A stretch of DNA of 64,000 nucleotides, taken from the NCBI GenBank assembly GCA_913061495.1, contig CAJXVG010000001.1, forward strand, positions 26,286-90,285. The letters run 5' to 3'. Positions 30,003 to 36,658 of this stretch are shown here, piece by piece. This DNA comes from an uncultured Winogradskyella sp. (GTDB taxonomy: Bacteria > Bacteroidota > Bacteroidia > Flavobacteriales > Flavobacteriaceae). The position numbers and the translations under genes are program-made. Within the stretch, counting starts at the first letter, position 1; the number at the start of each line of letters is the position of its first letter. The notes under the pieces were generated by a model. The model worked only from the letters and a program-made list of their open reading frames with translations. It ran no database searches and was not told the DNA's origin.

Positions 30003-30226
30003 TGGCCAAGAAAACACTTATCAACAGAAAAAAAGGAACTGAGCACAAGGTAGATGATGCCGATAAAGTTCTGAAGAAATACAAAGGCGTTTTTAAGGAA
30101 AAGCCTGCGACACAGATCAGTGATGATGTCAGAAAAAAAGAACAGTCACTTGACAAGGCGAAAGCTATAGATGTAAAAGAAGCCAATCAGGTTGAAACAT
30201 CTAAGGAAAGAAAATCAAAAAAATAA
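30002..30226 (+). CDS. small lysine-rich protein
   Basis: TAATG-coupled ORF with highly basic composition. Confidence 0.4.
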   Translation: MAKKTLINRKKGTEHKVDDADKVLKKYKGVFKEKPATQISDDVRKKEQSLDKAKAIDVKEANQVETSKERKSKK

Positions 30227-30240
30227 TTTTTAGATAAATT

Positions 30241-31146
30241 ATGTCATACACACACTTAAAAAAAACGTTGGCGGAAGTGCTGGAAACCGCATACCAAGTT
30301 CCAGAGGAAGACATAGCTGAATTGTTACCCGAACAAGAGGAAGAATTTAAGGCTGATGCTTTTAAAAATAAGTTTCTAGAGCTGGACAAAGAACGTATCC
30401 AAACCATAAACCAAAAAGGGAAGGATAAATTCGACCAAGGCTACAACAAGGCAACCAAAGAAGCCTTGACTGGATTTGAACAGAAAGTCAAAGAAGAATT
30501 TAGTATTGAAGACGACGACATTCAAGGTCTTGATCTCATCAAAAAGATAGTAGAATCAAGCTCCAAAACCTCGAAAGCCGATGTTTCAAAACTGACAGAA
30601 GATGAATTGAAATCTCATCCTGCAGTTATTAAGATTCTTAACGACAAGGACAAAACTTGGAAAGAAAAGGAACAGGAACTTCAGGAAGAATACGACACCA
30701 AAATTTCAACCTTTCAAAAGAAAGAGCGTTTTGGTAAGGTTTCTAAGAAAGCACTTCAGATTTTAGATTCTATGAACCCGGTGCTGTCATCCGATCCAAA
30801 TCGAGCTGCAAACCAGAAGAATATTCTAATAGAAAAACTTCAGCAATTCGATTACCAGGAAGAGAATGACAGCTTCACACCATTGAAAGATGGAAAGCGT
30901 TTGGAAAACGATCACGGTCACGGTATTGGTTTTGAACAAATGGTTAAGGATACTGCAACTAAGTATTTTGACTTTAAAAAAGCTGATGACAGAGACAATC
31001 CGCCTCCTGGAGGTGATGGTGGTTCTGGTGGAAGTTCAAGGACTCCCAAAAATGAAGCTGAGTATGCCAAGATTATGTCCGACCGTTCTATTCCAATTGA
31101 AGAGCGTAAGGAAATCCGAGATGCGTGGAGTAAACAAGACAGCTAG
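30241..31146 (+). CDS. scaffolding protein candidate
   Basis: Acidic, helical and low-complexity protein directly upstream of the capsid gene. Confidence 0.5.
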   Translation: MSYTHLKKTLAEVLETAYQVPEEDIAELLPEQEEEFKADAFKNKFLELDKERIQTINQKGKDKFDQGYNKATKEALTGFEQKVKEEFSIEDDDIQGLDLIKKIVESSSKTSKADVSKLTEDELKSHPAVIKILNDKDKTWKEKEQELQEEYDTKISTFQKKERFGKVSKKALQILDSMNPVLSSDPNRAANQKNILIEKLQQFDYQEENDSFTPLKDGKRLENDHGHGIGFEQMVKDTATKYFDFKKADDRDNPPPGGDGGSGGSSRTPKNEAEYAKIMSDRSIPIEERKEIRDAWSKQDS

Positions 31147-31183
31147 TCTGAGCTAATTGTTTAATTAAAAATTTAAAGAAATT

Positions 31184-32245
31184 ATGGCAGATTTAAGCCT
31201 CGCAAAACAATGCGATATAATTTTTAAAACGGAAGAAGTTTGGGAAGAGTCCCAAAAAATAACCGATATGTATACTGCAGATGCTGAAAGCATCAAGGCC
31301 TTAGCTGCTCAGCAGGCCAACAGAGTGCAGTTAGTGAGCAGCCTTGAGAATCCTGAGCTAGAAGACGATGTCGTTAAGGTTGTATGGATTGACAATTGTG
31401 GAGACGAGTTGGATGCAGACGTTCAAGATGTTTGTGATTTTGATGGAGAAGCTGCAGGATTGAATTCTAAGAACTTTCAGTTGAACTCTGAAAAGTCTTT
31501 TTCTTTTTCTGTAGACGAAAATGATTTAAGACGCAATAGATATTCTTTGGAAGAATATGTGGCGCGCCAATTGTTATCAAAGACGAAGTTAATGGACGAG
31601 TATCTTAACGCACAGTCATTATTGTTCTTATCTGCAAATGCAGGTTACAATAAAAATGCAGGAGGATATACGTTGAACGGTAGTACTTTGGAAGTTCCAG
31701 AATCTGATTACAATCTTGATCTTTTGGTTAAGATGGTGGTTGATGCAAAAATCAACAAGATCAGTGACCCTTTCTTATTAGATAGTGGTACGTTGTATCA
31801 GCAATATCTTAAAGCAGAATTGGATGCACGAAACAGTGAAGGTGATGGTGACAACAGAAGAAAAATGTTATTCCCTACTTCATTTGATTTAGTTGGTTTC
31901 CCAACTGCTCCAGTGACTGATTCTAGTTTCTTGGTGAACCCTGGTTCTTATGCTTTTGCGCATAGAAACTATAACCCAATGGAGCCAACATCGTTTAACC
32001 CTACAAACGGGTGGACACAACGTTACTCGATTCCATCCAATAACATTCCTGGTCTTAGATATGATATCTATTACAAGTATGAATGTTCTGGAAAGCGATT
32101 CAAGCACGTATGGTATGGTACAGTAAACTTCGGTTTCTTACTTAACCCTGTTGGCTGTGATGTTCAGGTTGATGCCGGACCACCAATTGTTAACGATCAA
32201 GTATCAGGCATTCTGTCTTATACCAAGGTAGCCAATCCTGAATAA
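31184..32245 (+). CDS. major capsid protein candidate
   Basis: 353 aa, positioned after the scaffold. GC and codon bias are typical of a highly expressed gene. A hairpin follows. Confidence 0.6.
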   Translation: MADLSLAKQCDIIFKTEEVWEESQKITDMYTADAESIKALAAQQANRVQLVSSLENPELEDDVVKVVWIDNCGDELDADVQDVCDFDGEAAGLNSKNFQLNSEKSFSFSVDENDLRRNRYSLEEYVARQLLSKTKLMDEYLNAQSLLFLSANAGYNKNAGGYTLNGSTLEVPESDYNLDLLVKMVVDAKINKISDPFLLDSGTLYQQYLKAELDARNSEGDGDNRRKMLFPTSFDLVGFPTAPVTDSSFLVNPGSYAFAHRNYNPMEPTSFNPTNGWTQRYSIPSNNIPGLRYDIYYKYECSGKRFKHVWYGTVNFGFLLNPVGCDVQVDAGPPIVNDQVSGILSYTKVANPE

Positions 32246-32291
32246 GTATTTAAACAAGGGCGGTTTTTTTAGCTGCCCTATTATAAAAATT

Positions 32292-32636
32292 ATGAAAGCG
32301 ATTCATAAGGTTTTTATTGTTGCCTTGCTATTTGTGGGTACAACGGGATTCGGTTTAACTACTACCGACCTGAGCCAAAATTCGGAACCTGAAATTGTTA
32401 TTTGCGATCAAGCAGATTCAAATTCAGTTGATCTAGTTATTTCAGAAATGGATTTTTCTTTTGATCTATCCATTGTGGTTGTCCATCAAGAGGATATACC
32501 ATTTAATGATTTTTTAAAAACAAAGGAGCTTGATCATTCAATCTATGTTATCGACGATGTGGGTTGGCAAAGATTAAAAGCTTCTTATGATTATAAAGAT
32601 TTACGATGTCCTAGAGACGGTTTAAACCGTAGATAG
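32292..32636 (+). CDS. secreted small protein (moron candidate)
   Basis: Signal-like N-terminus MKAIHKVFIVALLFVGTTGFG. Bracketed by a hairpin (32255-32279) and a strong terminator (32656-32687). Confidence 0.5.
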   Translation: MKAIHKVFIVALLFVGTTGFGLTTTDLSQNSEPEIVICDQADSNSVDLVISEMDFSFDLSIVVVHQEDIPFNDFLKTKELDHSIYVIDDVGWQRLKASYDYKDLRCPRDGLNRR

Positions 32637-32655
32637 TGGTGATGTCGCTAAAAAT

Positions 32656-32687
32656 AAAAAAGCCGTATATCAACTATACGGCTTTTT
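32656..32687. terminator. strong bidirectional intrinsic terminator
   Basis: Stem GCCGTATA/TATACGGC with loop TCAAC, an A run upstream and a T5 run downstream. Confidence 0.8.
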
Positions 32688-32694
32688 AAAAAAT

Positions 32695-32766
32695 CGTGAG
32701 GTAGAGCAGGAGTAGATCGTTGGGCTCATATCCCAAAGGTCACGGGTTCGAATCCCGTCCTCGCTA
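32695..32766 (+). tRNA. phage-encoded tRNA-Met(CAT) with initiator (fMet) hallmarks; no encoded CCA
   Basis: Hand fold: CGTGAGG-TA-GAGC-AGGAGTA-GATC-G-TTGGG-CTCATAT-CCCAA-AGGTC-ACGGG-TTCGAAT-CCCGT-CCTCGCT-A. One D-stem mismatch. Confidence 0.7.
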
Positions 32767-32923
32767 CAAAGTCCCGGGACGTATTAATCCTTGTTTGTCG
32801 ACAATGTAGGCCGTAATGATGCCAAAGGTCAATTGAACATCCGGGACTGCTTATTACTAAGCTTTTCATGTGTTCAAATCATTATTAGACTGACGTGGGA
32901 AAGACCTCTTTTAAATAAATGTT

Positions 32924-33949
32924 ATGAAAGACTGTTTTAAAAATCTCGTTGGGCTTTCACAATCTGAATGTGATTGCTATGTTTTTGATGAATCGTTAAA
33001 GGAAAGTAATCTTGGCCTGTTTATAGATGATCTTGAGGGTATTGACCTCCAATTACTTAAGAGCGCAATTGGATGCGGTGAAACACTTCAAAAAGCATTT
33101 GAAAAATCATACAGCTCGGCCATTAATTTCTTTGAGAGTGATCTTCAGGTATATATCTCTGAAAGCCATAGACAAAAATACAGTCCTTATGTGGGTCGTA
33201 TCGGTGAACGAAAGTTTGACAGACCCATTGGAACTTCAACCTTATCTGGTTTAAAGCTTGAGACAAATAACATTGACAGCGCTTCAATAGTGATAAAGAA
33301 CATATCTTTATTTTTTGATGCTGTAGGTACCATATCATTGCAGGTTTATAAAAACAATGAGGCACTTGGTGATCCTTATGAAATAGAAGTGGTTGACGGT
33401 GTTAAAGAATTTACTTTACCAGACGCACTTAATCTTCCTATCTCAGAGTTTGGAGTCAAAAACGATTATTATTTTCTCTATACTTCAGATGGACCACAAC
33501 CACAGAATAATAAAAGTTCCTGCAGCTGTAACGGTATTGAGTCCATTAGAGGTAAATTCTTAAAACCTAAAGGTGTTTCTGGTACAGCGTACCATGACCT
33601 AAAACAGGATTCAACTTATGCATTTGGACTGAGTATCAACGCAACAATTAGCTGCAGTATAGATAGTATGCTGTGTGATTTTATGGTAGACAGTACTTTC
33701 AACCGTAGGGCAGGAATAGCATTGTGGTATAAAGTGGGAGTTCTTATGATAGAAAAAGTGTTCTCATCACGTGAAATAAATTATGATACCATGAGCGATC
33801 GTGAATACCTCTATGGACGAAAGCGAAAGTTTGAAAAAGAATATAAAAACCTATTGGTATGGTTGTCTGAAAATACAACTATAAAAAATTCAAACTGCTT
33901 TATCTGTAATAACAATAAGCGCATGACAATGGGTAAAAATTTGATATGA
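32924..33949 (+). CDS. Cys-rich hypothetical structural protein
   Basis: ORF in the head-tail operon. No motif recognised. Confidence 0.45.
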   Translation: MKDCFKNLVGLSQSECDCYVFDESLKESNLGLFIDDLEGIDLQLLKSAIGCGETLQKAFEKSYSSAINFFESDLQVYISESHRQKYSPYVGRIGERKFDRPIGTSTLSGLKLETNNIDSASIVIKNISLFFDAVGTISLQVYKNNEALGDPYEIEVVDGVKEFTLPDALNLPISEFGVKNDYYFLYTSDGPQPQNNKSSCSCNGIESIRGKFLKPKGVSGTAYHDLKQDSTYAFGLSINATISCSIDSMLCDFMVDSTFNRRAGIALWYKVGVLMIEKVFSSREINYDTMSDREYLYGRKRKFEKEYKNLLVWLSENTTIKNSNCFICNNNKRMTMGKNLI

Positions 33950-34074
33950 TTTACAGGGAAGCCGAAAACTGAACAGAGTAGGCATGTAACCATGAAAAAT
34001 TCAAGAAGATGGTAACAAATTTTAACAAAAAGGATTTAGTTGAATTCGGCAAGGAAAGAATTTAAATTAAAACG

Positions 34075-34100
34075 GTCGGTGTTTAACAGCACCGACTTTT
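34075..34100 (+). terminator. intrinsic terminator/attenuator 4 nt before the next start codon
   Basis: Stem GTCGGTG/CACCGAC (7 bp), 8-nt loop, then T4. Confidence 0.65.
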
Positions 34101-34104
34101 CAAT

Positions 34105-34638
34105 ATGACCTTAGAAGAGTTCCAGAATAATTTAGAGAATGCCGTAGAGCGCACCATAGAGGATTTAAAGCCAACTATGGAGGAAGCTGCTTTAACAGCA
34201 AAGGCATTCATAAGAAATAGAATTCAAAATAACGGTATAAGTAGAAATTATTCAAGAAATTCTTTACCTACATTTTTTTTTAGAGGTAAAGGACTAAAAA
34301 AATCGACTGAAAGTTATTTAGATAATAAGGACAAAGATAGAGAAGGTGTTAGTTATTCAGAATGGAGACAAGTAAACGGATTGCCAATTAATAATGTTAG
34401 ATTAACCTTCACAGGGAAGATGTTTGCTAATTGGCAACGGCCTGGTCATTACAGAAGAGGATTTGTAGTGGGTGGTTCTGTTGGAGGTACCGATAAGGCA
34501 ACCAAAAACAAACTCGCGTGGAACAAAGCCAGGTACCCAAATTTTGACCGAGTCAAGGAAGATGAAAAGGAGCTTCTTAAAGAAAGCTTTCTGAAGCCTA
34601 AGATAGTTGAACTACTTGACAAAAACTTGAAACTATGA
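34105..34638 (+). CDS. head-tail connector/completion protein candidate
   Basis: Position and size only, with loose resemblance to the HK97 gp10-like family. Confidence 0.35.
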   Translation: MTLEEFQNNLENAVERTIEDLKPTMEEAALTAKAFIRNRIQNNGISRNYSRNSLPTFFFRGKGLKKSTESYLDNKDKDREGVSYSEWRQVNGLPINNVRLTFTGKMFANWQRPGHYRRGFVVGGSVGGTDKATKNKLAWNKARYPNFDRVKEDEKELLKESFLKPKIVELLDKNLKL

Positions 34639-35261
34639 ACGCTATAATTGCATCCATTTTAAAGTCCAAGCTCAGCGAAATAGAATTCGTAGATAAGAAG
34701 GCAGGTCTTGTCCACACAGCTGAAAAATCTGAACCAACAGATGTAGAAGGAGCATTTGCAGTCCGGAAGTTTCCCATTAGCAACGATGTGGATTATGAGG
34801 AATGTTTTAATTCTGGTGCATTTAAAGACTTGATACCAAACTCCAAGAGCAAAGGGATTCTATATTTTGAGGACAATGGAAGTGTGCCAATAGAGGGAAG
34901 AACTGGATCACAAAACTATAGGTCTAAATTACGTTTGGTTTGTTGGATCAACAATAGGATGATTCAAGGAAATAACTCTGAGCCTATTGCACATTTATTG
35001 ATCAACCAAATTAGACAAAGTTTGGAGATAGGATATTTTAATGAAAATAACATCTCAAGAATAAGGGTATCATCAACAAATATAGTATCCAATGACCTCA
35101 AGCTATTTTCAAAATATACTTATCCAAGTGAGAGCTTAAAATATCTAATGTTTCCATACGAGGCATTTGGTATTGACTTGAGTGTAGAATTTTCAATCGG
35201 CCAATCTTGTTTGCCGGATTTGGTAATCGAATCAGCAAACTGTAATCCAGAAGAATCATGA
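34635..35261 (+). CDS. tail completion/terminator protein candidate
   Basis: ATGA-coupled ORF. Call rests on position upstream of the chaperone. Confidence 0.35.
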   Translation: MNAIIASILKSKLSEIEFVDKKAGLVHTAEKSEPTDVEGAFAVRKFPISNDVDYEECFNSGAFKDLIPNSKSKGILYFEDNGSVPIEGRTGSQNYRSKLRLVCWINNRMIQGNNSEPIAHLLINQIRQSLEIGYFNENNISRIRVSSTNIVSNDLKLFSKYTYPSESLKYLMFPYEAFGIDLSVEFSIGQSCLPDLVIESANCNPEES

Positions 35262-35566
35262 TACAGTTTTTATTCAATGCATTTTTGATATCAGCTATAA
35301 CTTACCTTTACATGACAGTATTGAAAAGCTATTTGTTAAGTGAATGGTTCCAATTCGGGTTTAAAAAATTTGGAAAGTACGAGGGGACTTGGAAAGAGTA
35401 TTTGTATATGCCTATTTGGGGATGCCAATATTGTTTTGCAGGTCAATTTGCACTATGGAGTTTTATTATTTTATTTGATTGCTACCATGTGTTTCTGCAC
35501 TTGGGATTCATAGCAGTTTCAATTTTATTTACAAAAATCATCTATGACAGAACTAAAGACTATTAA
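35258..35566 (+). CDS. three-TM membrane protein with CxxC inside the tail module
   Basis: Hydrophobic helices and a WGCQYCFAG motif. Overlaps both neighbours. Confidence 0.45.
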   Translation: MIQFLFNAFLISAITYLYMTVLKSYLLSEWFQFGFKKFGKYEGTWKEYLYMPIWGCQYCFAGQFALWSFIILFDCYHVFLHLGFIAVSILFTKIIYDRTKDY

Positions 35567-36074
35567 ACCAGAGGTAGGTTTTAAATTTGAGGCCAATGGA
35601 AAGAACTTTGTTATTGAAGACAAACTATCCATAGCACGTGCAATTGAAGCTTCAAAGTTAGAACTTGAACTGTTTGATCTATCCTCAAAAACAATCAAAA
35701 ATATTTTGATTGGGGCTTACAATGATCTTAATGGTACCAACAAGGACCGATCTGTAAAATTTGCAGATGCAGCTATTAAAATCCACAACCTGGTCAATAA
35801 GATACAGAGCAATCTTAATTTTAAGGACGTAGCTGTTTTAAGGTACTGCGCGCTTTATATTAATCATTCTGAAGAAGACAGAAGAACGATTTCAGAGGAA
35901 CAAATATCAGAAAAGATTAATCACTGGCAGGAGGCAGGATATGAAATATCGGGTTTTTTTTTGCTAGTACTGTCTGTGCTTCCAAGCGTGAAGAAAGACT
36001 TCAGCAAGTACATGGAGGATATTTCAAGCAAAGTAATAAAGGAAAGCCAAAAGAAAACAAAGAACAATACCTAG
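35544..36074 (+). CDS. tail assembly chaperone (G-like, frame 0 product)
   Basis: Lies immediately upstream of the tape measure and contains the slippery T9 run. Confidence 0.65.
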   Translation: MTELKTIKPEVGFKFEANGKNFVIEDKLSIARAIEASKLELELFDLSSKTIKNILIGAYNDLNGTNKDRSVKFADAAIKIHNLVNKIQSNLNFKDVAVLRYCALYINHSEEDRRTISEEQISEKINHWQEAGYEISGFFLLVLSVLPSVKKDFSKYMEDISSKVIKESQKKTKNNT

Positions 36075-36256
36075 ACGTTGACAGGATCAGCATCGATAAA
36101 GAATACTCGTCATTAATTTACCAAATTTCAAAAGGAGACGTTACACAATACGAAGCTCTGAAAAAAGTAGACGAAGAGGAATTTTACCATATTCTACAGA
36201 GCCATCAAAAAAGGATAGAGTTTGAATCAAAACATCCACGTGTGCCATTTTTTTAA
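35544..36256 (+). CDS. tail assembly chaperone fusion (GT-like, programmed -1 frameshift in T9 run 35954-35962)
   Basis: The -1 frame opens at 35945 (after TGA at 35942) and stays open for about 100 codons to TAA at 36254-36256. Approximate join(35544..35960,35960..36256). Confidence 0.6.
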
Positions 36257-36432
36257 TCTTTGAACCATTCGAAAATATAATCTCCTGGGCCAAGGCTAGT
36301 TTTTAATGTATGGAAGCCCTCATCATTAAAAATAGCATCAGCTGTTTCTGTCCCACTATTTTCTCTTTGTATTTTTACTTTATAATTTCCATGTGATTCC
36401 GGAAACTCATCTTCTAAATTTATATAAGGCAT
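36253..36432 (-). CDS. 59-aa acidic protein (antisense moron gene 2)
   Basis: Hand-translated MPYINLEDEFPESHGNYKVKIQRENSGTETADAIFNDEGFHTLKTSLGPGDYIFEWFKD. Falls below the ORF-track cutoff. Confidence 0.35.
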   Translation of the reverse strand: MPYINLEDEFPESHGNYKVKIQRENSGTETADAIFNDEGFHTLKTSLGPGDYIFEWFKD

Positions 36433-36436
36433 AACT

Positions 36437-36556
36437 TTAATAATTTTCTATATATCCTATAATGGCTATTATTAATATAATGATTACAAAAACCAATTTG
36501 CTGTGTCTAAATCTGAACATCCACATTCTAGGGTCGTTGCTTTTATAGTTTTTCAT
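36437..36556 (-). CDS. 39-aa single-TM peptide (antisense moron gene 1)
   Basis: Hand-translated MKNYKSNDPRMWMFRFRHSKLVFVIIILIIAIIGYIENY. Has its own -7 box 19 nt upstream. Confidence 0.35.
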   Translation of the reverse strand: MKNYKSNDPRMWMFRFRHSKLVFVIIILIIAIIGYIENY

Positions 36557-36574
36557 AGGGCTATTTATTTGCTT

Positions 36575-36591
36575 CAAATTTAATACATTTG
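36575..36591. promoter_or_regulatory. back-to-back divergent -7 boxes (TAAATTTG on minus, TACATTTG on plus)
   Basis: CAAATTTA-A-TACATTTG. The minus box serves the moron and the plus box serves the tape measure gene. Confidence 0.5.
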
Positions 36592-36658
36592 TAATACTTA
36601 CCACTGGAGCGTTCCGAAGCTCAACAATAACGGAATTTACATTTTAATCCATTCCGTT

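Noticed and set aside
32771-32847. Calling the GC-clamped 77-nt element a second tRNA gene
   Set aside because: A 7-bp acceptor-like stem exists, but I could not form D, anticodon or T arms. There is no GTTCRANYC T loop. It is kept only as a structured-element observation.
34273-34281. Second T9 run as another programmed frameshift site
   Set aside because: It is in frame as FFF. The -1 frame hits TAA after 5 codons and the +1 frame stops almost at once, so there is no extended alternative product.
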